Assembly: GCA_977030845.1 (NCBI GenBank)
Contig: OZ365118.1
Location: 1,550,001 to 1,614,000, forward strand
Source: Fimbriosthenelais zetlandica
Taxonomy: Eukaryota
DNA: 64,000 nucleotides
Direction: 5' to 3'
The notes below the pieces were generated by a model, which saw only the letters and a program-made list of their open reading frames with translations, was not told the DNA's origin and did not search any database. This document shows positions 50,362 through 62,336 of this stretch, one piece after another. A program made the position numbers and the translations under genes. Within the stretch, counting starts at the first letter, position 1. Each line of letters opens with the position of its first letter.

Positions 50362-53300
50362 ATGGCCAGTTGCTTGGTGTCTTGTATAGGTGAGGGTTAA
50401 CCTAGTTTAGACGGGAGCTACTCCATCCAATGTCCGCGAGCAGACATGAGCCAGGGGGGGGGGGGGGTGGTGAGGCGGGGGGGCCTTGTAGTGAGCCTCG
50501 ACAAAATGGTCGTATAACGTGCTGGGAGCAGGACCGGCTTTGAGATAGAGATAGGTAACAGTATACTGGGCCATGGGAGCGTGGCCCGGCCTGGCCCGCC
50601 CTGGCCCGGCCCGGCCCGGCCTGGTCACGGCTTTGTAGACCACCGACCCACCATTACTTCATCCTGCCCTGGTTTTTGTGTCGAGGCCTTATCGCAGCCT
50701 GGCACGAGGACTTCTCCTGTAAACTTGGTTCTGTATATAACACTGGCTCCTATATGATCCCCCTGAAAGCTGCGGAAACATTAAACATGATTATATTCTG
50801 AGATTCAGGTCTGGCTTAGATTGTGAGCTTGTCAGATGTATAGCTGGTATATGCCTTTAATTTTGTATGTGTTGCACAAAGATCTGCTATTTGGCGATTC
50901 GCCTTCCAAATTATTCTATTTTGGCGATGTGAAATTGGCAAGTGATGGGTTTGTGCATCCTGCGGACTGTTGGTTTATAATGTGACTATTCGTAATCTTT
51001 AATCTAACTCTGTGTCTTTATTCTTTCACAGATCAGTGAGGAGGATTAAGCTGCTGCCTGTAGTCGCCTCACGCCTTCACCGTGAGATTAATCTGGTAGG
51101 TAACTCCCTCATCTATACATCCCTCACATCCCTCACATCCCCCACACCACATTCAACCATATATTCCATAAATATGTACATAAATGTCTGGTATATTGGT
51201 AAAAAAATAACCTTTAAATCAGTCCTCGCTGCTAGATATACGCCATGTCTGCTATAGATCCTAGCCTGTCTACACTGTAAACCCCAGCTACAGGTTTTCA
51301 CGTTAAAACAGTGAAATTACTATAATCTAAGTAGGTTTGGGAAATTTGATGGTTTGTTATTTGCCTTTATGATGAGAAGAAAATCGAGATTTGAATCTTT
51401 AGAATCTTCTTTCAGTAACAATTTTCTCTATAATTTTCTGCTGAATATCTAAACCTATTTTCCCTGAGTTATGAATGTATGAACGTGCTCGTGCAGAATT
51501 TAACTAATAGTTGTCAGAGTGCTGTTTTTGACCAGTTCTCTGTGGATGTTAGAACTCCTCCAGCCAGGCATTTAGCCAGGTTTTACCCGCACTTTGAAGT
51601 GCTACATAGCCTGAGAATGATGTCAGTGTCAAAAACTACCTCCGCTCCTGGGCCCGTGTTTTCCTATCAATTTTCCATACCTCACCTCTTTCTGCATCTT
51701 TTGGAAAAAAACGACACAAAGTGAAGGAAGCTTTTGTCGGGTGCTGGCAGTTAGTTGAGGAGTATCGGTGGTGATAAATCTACCCCTGTATGTGTTACTT
51801 GTACGGTCTATGATGGCATACATCACGCTGGCCGACTATAATCTATACAATTAGTCTCAGGGTTAAGCCTTGGCTTATCTGGCCATTCTTTACATCTATA
51901 AATCCTGTCATCGTCCACACTCCATTCATAACGACGATTACAGCAGCACAATAGGCCAGCAGTATAATCCTCCACTTTATTATCTCCCCATCTCATGCAT
52001 AGTCCTCCCTGCTAGCCACAACTCGCCATATTGGTCAGCTCACAAGCTACGGTTATACGGCTACGGTTCTGGCTACGGTTACGGCTACGGTTCTGGCTAT
52101 AGATAAGCTGTTTATATGTTAAGTATAAGGGGGTGAGTTTGGACTAGCTGTTTATATCTGGTGGAGGGTGAGTTGATTCATGATATTTACAGCTTGAGTT
52201 GATAGAGTGATCACTTACATTAACCTCAATAAAGCAGTGATAGCCAGCTCTGTCCCTCTCCCCCAGCAGTGAGAGCCAGGTCTAAGCATGTACAAATTGT
52301 TTCAATCTGACACCATTACTGTGTCTGACCAAGCTTTAACAGTTGGGCCGGGCCTGGACCACCTTTAAGGTGAGACATATGACACATTTCCTCCAGTGAG
52401 GGCGCCACCCGTCAATACCACTACATACACAGGTATTAGATGGATCCAGGATGCCACCAACCCTCTCACTTCCGTCTCCCAGCAATCCCACACCCACTGT
52501 ACGAGGAAACGCCTAATCAGCAGCCAGCTCACCGGAAAAACACTCCAACTGGTCAGTTAGTGGTGTACCCTCATTCATACAGGGGGTGGGGGGGGGGGGG
52601 GGGGGCTTGTATTGCCTCAATGTGGGCTGGTCCTGCGGCAAAACGAGCAGGTTTTATTGGGAAATAGCACTTGGGGAAATATCATTATGTAAAGGTGTCC
52701 TGGCTATAAGGGAGAACAGGGCCGGTTAGCCGCCTCAACTGGCTCCACTAAAATGGTTATCACTCAACCCTGGCTTCTATCTCAGCTTATTTTTTTGCTA
52801 TCAAAGACACACTGGAGATGGCCTCCACCTCCAGCCCTCCTTACACAATCACCATCTCACTGTTTTAGCCCAAATTTACCAAATACAATTTACTTGATGC
52901 ATTGCTAGGTTTTCCGATCGATAAAGACATTAAACTTTCTCTCGACCCGGGTGATTTTTATCAGTCCTTTATAAGATGTACCAACTTAGCCTCTCGCTAT
53001 TTTTCATGGCTTCGTCTAATTTCTCAGGGCTTCCTGAGTTCAGTAGACTTTATTAAATTGGTTTCTTTCCCGGCAAAATCCATTAACGACAAGAAGATTG
53101 TCTTTAAAAAATTCTTTCCTGCACGCGCTGACTTGTGCTCTGAATTACAATGAGATTAAAATGGTCAAAGTGACGCGCGTTCCTGGCCACGTGGTCGATA
53201 ATTCGCCATGATGAAGAGAGAGAAGGAAGGAAGAGAAGGAAGGGAAGTATAAATCACCTCATGGTGCTAGATGACCCGTGCTGATTGGCTAATATCACCC

Positions 53301-55267
53301 CACGTGACTAGTTGTTGAGCCCAGTCATCCTGGGGGTGGGGTACAGTATTGGTTCACATATATTGAGTACACATATTATGTCCAGTCAGCAGTTTTCATG
53401 TCTCAGGACATTTAGTCACGTCGTCAGTCCATGGCCTATCCTCAACAGGCCTCGTTTGTTTAAATGCCTCTCACCACAAACACTGGGCTAAGATATCCCA
53501 GTTAGTAGCAATGGGTTGAGAAAGAAATTGTGAGAATCCTTGGGGAGTTGAACTGCGACCTCCCGCATTCATGTTGAGCAGATTACGGCCTGAGCCAGCA
53601 CCCCATAAACACTGTAACTGATAATAGATACTGGTCTTATCAGCTCATATCAGCAATGATTGGCCGGCCTATACCTCCCACCATGTACTGGTCGATACAT
53701 GTCATAAAGCGGGATGTGGGTCAAGTGGTGAGGGGGTGAGTGGTGAGGGGGTGAGTGGTGAGGGGGTGAGTGGAGAATTGACCAGCCACCATCATTGAGT
53801 TCACCCATGCTCACTAACCATGTCAGGTTTTAAATGAGTACAAGGCTTGCCAGCCTCTCAAGTACAAGGCTCGCCAGCCTTTCAAGTACAAGGCTTATGT
53901 CATCAGCTGAAAGGCTAGCTTCCTGCCTATAACACAGCCCTTATAGATCACACTAGACCTGGCTTCAAACTGACCAAACATTGATTATATTAGTGTAATG
54001 ACTTGTAAATGTTGTTGCCACATCTTAACAATATTCTTTCTTTATTAAAGCCAGGGGTAGTGCAGGGGATGAGGTCTAAAACCACCCCGGTTTCAGGTCC
54101 AAAGAAATATCCGCATTTTAGCTCAGTTGACCTGAGTATATTTACTGGTGTTAGAGTATACTTTGAGCTTACTACAGATGAACAGTTAGCCTGGAATCAA
54201 TATGGTCCCCTCTCCCCGCTCCCCTCATGTGGCTGGGTGTAGTCTTGTAACTGTTGAATTAGCCCAGGAGGAGTTAATGGGTAATCAGGCTGGTGTTTAC
54301 TCCTGTTAGAGTGCTCTCTGTATCAGCCCCGAGCTGCTCTCTGCATCAGCCCGGAGCTGCTCTGTTTATATGTGTCACACGTCTCGAGGAGATCATCCAT
54401 CACTACCCCCACCCCCCTAATCCATCCATCACTACCCCCCCCCCCCCCGCTGATCCACCCCCCCCCCCGCCCATGATGAGATGAGTACTTGTTGATCTCA
54501 GTGATCGTCATGTAAATCTTTGTCCACTTGTTTACACCTCCACTGCCTCTCATACAGTCAGCACATTCACTCCAAGGCTCTCCATGCCAAGGGTTTGTCT
54601 CAAGACAATTATACTAAGACTAGGCTAATAGATGGCACGTCCTTGCTATCATACTGATCCCTGATCCCTTTAAGGCATCTGTAGTAAATATGTGTGAAGA
54701 GTAGAGCATTAACACATTGAAACATCTTTAAAACATCTGTACTTTCTACACTGGACTCTTTCCTACTGTGAACCCAAGACCAACCCCTTTAATAAATATC
54801 ACTGTAATGATCAATGATCAATGATAATCATTGATAAGCTACAATAGATATATGGTGTACTATTGTAGCAGTTAAACTGCCTTTTAACGGTCCCTCTATG
54901 TCCTGTAAGGCAGTGTATGGCTGTGTAAGGAGTCCATGGCTGTGTAAGGAGTCCATGGCTGTGTTGGGCTGAGCTCTGGACTGTAGCAAGTCTTTCTGTC
55001 CCATCAAGTGGAAAATAAGAAACGATTGACCCTGGTGGCGGGGCGGGGCGGGGTCAGGCGGGGCATATTACTCATCCCATAGATCATCACTTCATTAAAT
55101 CCTGCCACTTTACGGCGGCCACTCAGGGAGAATATAATTAGTACAGGCCATGGAGGGTCCATTACAGGCGGGATACAGTCAGAGTTACCCCATTATACTC
55201 ATACACAGTTAAAACGCCATCCTCACTTATTGACCCGACCATTAAATGTAGAAGAGAGACCATGTGA

Positions 55268-55377
55268 TGAATACAGGCCTGTAAAGCCTACCATCCTCAG
55301 ACCATGAATACAGGCCTGTAAACCCACCATCCTCAGACCATGAATACAGGCCTGTAAACCCACCATCCTCAGACCAT
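55268..55377. repeat. 36-bp tandem repeat with 12-bp palindrome TACAGGCCTGTA, 3 copies
   Basis: Visible tandem copies. Confidence 0.92.
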
Positions 55378-57584
55378 TACTGACTCTACTCCACCAAAAC
55401 GCCAGCTAAATTATATATATGATCATAGTAATGACGAGGCTGAGTATTGACATCATTCTAATGTTATTTACCAACATATATGAACCCAATCTTATACAGG
55501 CAGGGAATTAACAGGGAGCGAATGAATCATTATACATATTCTGGGAAGAAATCAAGAACTAATTATTTCTGTCAATAATGGCCCTGAACCCCAAGCTCCT
55601 GTCAGCATACTTCATTCCTTATCTAACCATTTCTGCCTTTGACTTGAAGCAGAATAACCTGACCTTGGACATTTCATAGCACCCAACATATCGGAAGTAA
55701 TTTGCGAAGCTATGTGAAAAACCGAACAGCAGCCCCGGCAGATGTGAAGGCTGTAATGTGCCTTTTAGAATGCCATAACATTTGACTTATACCTTTTCAT
55801 TAGTCTATACTAATATGTGATATTTCCCCGAGACTTTAATCTTGTTTTTGTGATGACACAGCAGTATAATGTTTGTCATTATGAACAGTATATAGGGGAT
55901 GATATTAGGTGAAGAGAGTGCTTGTAGGCCAGTAGGTGTGAAGTCTAGTTGTTGAGGGCTCGTCTCTAGGCCTGGATGGCTGTGAGTTGTCGTAGTGGTT
56001 TATAATGTTTAGCTGTGGGCGATGACTACCTGGTGGGGAACCATCTGCTCACACTGACACAGGCGAGCTATGATAGATCTGACTATAACTCACACTCCAT
56101 ATAAACCTCCCGCTCCTACAGCGAGAAAAACCCAGTAAATGAATCACAGCCCCCGCCTTTAAGTGGATCTTAACTCCTTATAAACACCTACTGTTTTTAT
56201 TCTGATATTCTGGAGAAAATCCTCCAGTAATTTATCACCTTGATGCTAGGTCCACACGGACTGTAAGACTGCTGTCGTCACTCTACTATAAAACTATGTT
56301 TTTAATGTAATCATTTTAAGATCTTGGATCTTGTAAGTTCTGGAGTCTTAAAACCTGACTGTTTAATATTTAAAATCCATTTGTTTGTTTCAATATTAGG
56401 AGGTAAATGTTAAAGGTATTGCGTGGAATTTGATGCTAGATTCATTTTTTAAAACCTGCTTTAGTCAGAGATGTATTTCATGGGAGACAAGAGAAGGTGA
56501 AATTGAGTTTCATTTGGTTTAATATCTGAGTGCGTGATCTTAGTTTGTGATAACAATACAAGTCGTACTTCCCATTCTCTCCGTCCTTCCTCCACCTTAT
56601 AACGACTTTTTAATAAGCTCCTAGAAACATAAAGGAATGTTAATCATGCCTCCGTGTCGCTCCAGCTTCCACGTCCAAATGTAGAGTCGATACGATGCTC
56701 GACTAATGGAAGTAAATTTGAAAAGGACACGCAGCTAATGCGTTCTGTAAAATGTAGGAATTATCCTGACTGAGAATGCGCGGCATGTGTCGGAGCGCAC
56801 GGATCATGAATATCGGGAGAATATGGTGGAGGGAATCCTGCCGTGTAGGAGTCGACCATCGTATAGAAAATCAATACCCCAGCCCTGGCTACCCTTGGGG
56901 CAGGAGCCACTTCTCCTTAGAGTTTTTGGCTGGATATCTTTTTCCTGTTATCTGATTTTGATAAAAAGAGGGTTTGCCCGGGCCGCTGCTCCTACATCAG
57001 TGCTGCCTCGCTCCCCTCCCGGCCATGCTTATCTTTATATCATTGTCAGCTATAAAATCTAAAGCAGGACAACTTCTCAGTCTCACGGGTTAGGATGAGT
57101 GAGGGCGTAACTCACACTGACAAACACTTCACTGTTTAACGTTATAAATACTGTAATAATACATATACTGAATCTACCATATTGATCATATACAAGTGGC
57201 CATCCACCAGTCAATCCTAACTTAACTCAAGTTATATCTCCATCTCATGTCTCCATCCACGGTAGATCTGACAAAAACTCACATGCTTATCACACTGTCT
57301 GGCTTCTGGCGTGTTTTTTTTAATTGGCTCCCTGTCAGATTTGTTGATGTATCTATCAAAGACAATGTCAATTAGTTTACTATCAACCATCTTCTCCATC
57401 CCCTTGACTTATCACTCCTTATCGTAATTTATAGTGTCGATTAACTACTTTTATGGTAAGAAAATAAGTTGTAAATCATCTGATGATTTTGAGGATATAT
57501 CACATCTCCTGGCCTACACTCACCTCAACTAGGTACAGGCATATGTGAAGAATAAAATGTATATTTGCTACTTTAAATGGAAGG

Positions 57585-58203
57585 GTTGGGGATATGCTAG
57601 CAGCTCTGTCCCGCCTATATTTGCTACATTAGATGTGAGAGTTGAGGATATGCTAGCAGCTCTATCCCGCCTATATTTGCTACATTAGATGTGAGAGTTG
57701 GGGATATGCTAGCAGCTCTGTCCCGCCTATATTTGCTACATTAGATGTGAGAGTTGAGGATATGCTAGCAGCTCTGTCCCGCCTATATTTGCTACATTAG
57801 ATGTGAGAGTTGAGGATATGCTAGCAGCTCTGTCCCGCCTATATTTGCTACAGTAGATGTGAGAGTTGGGGATATGCTAGCAGCTCTATCCCGCCTATAT
57901 TTGCTACATTAGATGTGAGAGTTGGGGATATGCTAGCAGCTCTATCCCGCCTATATTTGCTACATTAGATGTGAGAGTTGGGGATATGCTAGCAGCTCTA
58001 TCCGCCTATATTTGCTATATTAGATGTGAGAGTTGGGGATATGCTAGCAGCTCTATCCCGCCTATATTTGCTACATTAGATGTGAGAGTTGGGGATATGC
58101 TAGCAGCTCTATCCGCCTATATTTGCTACATTAGATGTGAGAGTTGAGGATATGCTAGCAGCTCTGTCCCGCCTATATTTGCTACATTAGATGTGAGAGT
58201 TGA
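57585..58203. repeat. 56-bp minisatellite (GGGATATGCTAGCAGCTCT(A/G)TCCCGCCTATATTTGCTACATTAGATGTGAGAGTTG), ~11 copies
   Basis: Visible tandem copies; two copies carry a 1-bp deletion (TCCGCC). Confidence 0.97.
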
Positions 58204-59145
58204 GTAGCTCAGGTCGAGTCGGGGACTGTCTAGATTACCCCCTGGTCTGCGAGTTGCTCAATATTGATGTGCACGGGATGAATACTTCACCCTCTACAGA
58301 CTTCATCTTTTTTACTGATAAAAAATGACTGCCGTTCCCGGCAGACACTTGACTGTTTTCCTTAACGTGTCTCCCACCATCCGGCAATGCTGGCTGATCT
58401 ATACCAATACACGACCATCTCCTGGCTCCATTTTACTATACAACAGGCCGTAAACTCATTGTAGCAGGGATTTCAACCAAAATGTGGATTGAAACGCCTT
58501 TAAATAGGAGAGAGAAGGGGCTGGATGGCCGTGGACCTGTTAGACGTACTTATTGATGTGGAGTGTAGGTTGACTGGGGGAGATGCCCCAGGCTGACAAG
58601 CTCCTATAGTCTTAGCCTCATTAAATACTGCCCCATCAGGGGGTAGGAGGACTGTGATTGAGTGATATAGAGGGATTATATCCATCCTTCATTATGTCCA
58701 CACATATTGACGGCAGTTTAAAGCTCAACTAATGCCGCTAGATGGCATAATACCTCCCAGCCCACCTCGGCCATCTTGCCCATTATTTGAACTACTTCAA
58801 AGTCCATTTAGTGCCTGGTGACAAGCTGGGTCAAGCATTCGGCAAGCGTCCTTCATCATGCAAATGACATGCTTTTCCGGAAGCCCTCTGCCATGCTTGT
58901 GAACGCTGGATTGCCTGTAGAGAGCTTTTACCTCTCACTCCAGCATTTTACCACCATTTTACCAGCGTTTTACCTCTGACTACAGCATCATGGTATGACT
59001 GTGCCTGCATGTAGAGCCTGAACCATGGTTTGTATGTACCAGTCATTGACAGTGACAGAGAGAGTACTACCTCCCGCCTATTCACTCAGCCCTTGTCCTT
59101 GTACCTATTGATTCCAAAAGGCATTTGGCACCTAAACAACTAGTG

Positions 59146-59270
59146 TGCGCGCGCACAATCACATTCACTCCACTTCCGGATCCATTTCCGGTGGTGGCAA
59201 CCAATCACAGGAGGAGAAGAGGGGGCTAGGTTGTGAGCATGCGCCTTTGTCCACGTCCTGTACTTCCGGT
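59146..59270. promoter_or_regulatory. Candidate housekeeping-type (ETS/NRF1/CCAAT) core promoter
   Basis: TGCGCGCGCA 59146-59155; ACTTCCGG 59172-59179; ATTTCCGGT 59184-59192; AACCAATCA 59199-59207; GCATGCGC 59237-59244; ACTTCCGG 59262-59269. ETS(GABPA), NRF1 and NF-Y co-occurrence is a known metazoan promoter signature; activity not shown. Confidence 0.55.
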
Positions 59271-59902
59271 TCCTATGGGTTAACCATGTTGTCACTTTCC
59301 TCCACTATATATGAGGGAGGGAGGGTTTAGCTGGAGAATGGGATGTACATGTTCCAACAAAGGCCAGCTGCAGACGAGAGGAAGAAAGCACCAACTCTGG
59401 TCTGCTCCTCTCCGCTGTCTCTGATCATTTAGCCGGCAGATCGAAACCTAGCAGGCATTTGTCCTTGTCAGGGGTAAGGCTAGATGGTGAGATAGGGGGC
59501 TAATGGTCGCACAAGCGAATTTCTTGCCTGGCTAGATTTTCTGGCTTTTTGTAGATAAATTGGTGAGTGTGGCTGTGGGTGGGGATGGGTGGGGAGGGTG
59601 ATATGGGAGGGTATATGGCTAGAAGGTATGATACCTACCCTCCTTATTATAACAGCAGCTCTGACATATGCTACATTCATGATTTACTTCAAGCTCCACT
59701 TCCCTACAGCTGATATATGAGACAGAGTCAACTGACTGAGAGTCAACTCTCTTGTTTATTTTATTATAATCTGCTACCTCTCTCTATATCTCCCCCTCCC
59801 TCTCCATCTCCCCCACAAGATGGCTCTATCCCCACCTCTCTACTACTCAAAAACACCTGATAAGCTGCTCTTCTATATTAGAAGAAAAAGTCCAAGACGG
59901 GA

Positions 59903-60279
59903 TCTAGATGATCGGGTATTTGTGTTGATCTGGGAGCATTATGACTCGTTCTAGATGATCGGGTATTTGTGTTGATCTGGGAGCATTATGACTCGTTCTA
60001 GATGATCGGGTATTTGTGTTGATCTGGGAGCATTATGACTCGTTCTAGATGATCGGGTATTTGTGTTGATCTGGGAGCATTATGACTCGTTCTAGATGAT
60101 CGGGTATTTGTGTTGATCTGGGAGCATTATGACTCGTTCTAGATGATCGGGTATTTGTGTTGATCTGGGAGCATTATGACTCGTTCTAGATGATCGGGTA
60201 TTTATGTTGATCTGGGAGCATTATGACTCGTTCTAGATGATCGGGTATTTGTGTTGATCTGGGAGCATTATGACTCGTT
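59903..60279. repeat. 47-bp minisatellite TCTAGATGATCGGGTATTTGTGTTGATCTGGGAGCATTATGACTCGT, 8 copies
   Basis: Visible near-perfect tandem copies. Confidence 0.97.
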
Positions 60280-61964
60280 ATCACTGGGCAGACTTTGATC
60301 ACTAACTGTAGAAGAGTTAATTGATTGATTGTCTCATTACCATGGTAACCATATATCAGCATGTATCAGTTATCACATGATACCATCTTTATCTCTCTAC
60401 TGCTCCTCCTGGCTCAGTATGAGGTCAAATATCCTACAAACAATGCTTCCACTCCGTCTCAAATCACGCCCGTATAAAATATTATCTTCTCATTTCCTTC
60501 TCGTGAGTCTTGGCCACAAAAGCTGCTCGAAAGCTGATCACTTGAAATGGAAGTCTACCTTCAGTACTTTCTTTGGATTGGACTAAAATTGGATTAAAAA
60601 TCCATTAGAGATTTTGGGGAGACAATCATGAGTGGCTACACAAGTGAGATGTATGAGTGACATAGGAGTACAATATATGGAGCTCTCTCATTGAGATATA
60701 TCCTGACATTTCCCATCTTGAAGTCTGTCAGATTTTTCTGAGTTAGGAGCTTAACCCAGAAGTTCTCATATTCCCTTCTTATTGAAATTCTATACTGAGG
60801 GAGAGATGCCCAGGATATGGCTTGTATGTAACCTGAGCAGGCTACCTTAGACATACATATATATATACATATAGCATGATTAGGCTGTGACAGTACTGGA
60901 CCTAATCACATTCCTGCTGCATTATACCACTATAGGTACATATACAGGAATATGTCTTCATTGTTCTCTCATATATACTCCTACATTATGTATATTAATT
61001 GATCTTGTTTGTTTATATGCAGATTTAATTCACTCAGTAGGAGTAGTATAGCTCTTGAGCTTTTATTTTATGAGTTTATTCCATGAATTATGGACTAGTT
61101 TCATTAGCCCCCGGGAATACATCTTCCTGTATGCCTTAAGCTGCTTCTTCCCCTCATCAGAGAGCTGGCAGACATGGCTTACATTGATTTTAATAGATGA
61201 TCTATGGCTATGCTTGCCTTGTAGTGACTGGTGCGCGGGGATGGTGGATGGCCACCGCCTCCCAGTCTCCCAGTCTCCCACCCATCATATCTCACATTCA
61301 TCTCTCTTATATCTCCACCATTATATTCTCTATATTATAACTACTCAAACCTCCCACCAGCCACCTACATTCATCATTATTACTACAGTTTTACTCCATT
61401 TTAAGTCATTTTGAATGATTGAGACATTTGTGAGTCGGTCAAGCCTTTGCTAGACATACTTATGATCCATCATATTTGTTTGATATTTTCTCCGGTATTT
61501 CCCGTGATGTCAGTCAATAGTAATCATGATCAGTCAGTGCTAATGTCCCGCTTTCATGTCGTCTAAACCTCTCATAATCTCACGACATCTCGAGTGGTGT
61601 TTTAAGTGGATCTTTTGACACGTACGTGTGACTTTGTGGTGCCAAGTGGTGTCCTCAGGGCACCACGTGGATCAAACGTTATCAACGTGCGTCTTACATA
61701 GCAACCATGGAGGAAGCGGAAGTGGAGTAGAAGGTCACACGGTGTGACCTGGAGGCACCAGAGGGCATCATGATCAATGCAGTCTATTCCATTCTTGTTT
61801 GGGGCGCGGTATCCAGGGACGGCAGGGGAATGTCCAGGGGGGTCAGAGGTCATATTGATAGGACATAGTGGACCTCACCTCCCGGCCATGACCAGTGGCT
61901 GACATCACAGAGCTCAGCTGGTCCTTATAGTCCCTACTAGAGGCTCAGGTTACTCCATCTCCCT

Positions 61965-62085
61965 CTCCACCCCCAACTCCCCCAACACCACCCCAAACCC
62001 ACCCCCAACTCCCCCAATACTTCCCCCAACTCCCCCAACACTTCCCCCAACACTTCCCCCAACACTTCCCCCAACTCCCCCAGCA
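61965..62085. repeat. Low-complexity (CCCCAACWC)n-type repeat
   Basis: Visible degenerate copies. Confidence 0.85.
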
Positions 62086-62292
62086 TCTCCTATCAGACCA
62101 TCATAGGGCAAGGGAAAGAATGCAAGAAAGGGGAAGATTGAAGTAGAGAAGTGATGAGCCCAGACAAGTTGAATTGCTCCATTTATTTAATAAAGTCCTG
62201 TACATTTTAGTTATTTTCTATGGTTTTTATTCCAAATATACAAGTGTTACTTGACAACATTGTCAGTTAATTATTAATCTTTCTGCTTCCAG

Positions 62293-62336
62293 CTGTACGA
62301 CCAGTCTGTGGGTCCACCCCGCCCTGCCCGCCTCTT
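62293..62336 (+). other. Candidate 44-nt internal exon (coding or UTR)
   Basis: Acceptor TCTTTCTGCTTCCAG ends at 62292; donor GTAAGT starts at 62337; GC-richer than its flanks. No homology recognised. Confidence 0.3.

Noticed and set aside
2740-60330. Recurring TGATTGAT (Pbx/Hox-like) and ATTTGCAT (octamer) words suggesting a developmental-gene desert
   Set aside because: About six and four occurrences respectively by eye, close to the expectation for AT-rich 8-mers in 64 kb. This cannot support the claim without conservation data.
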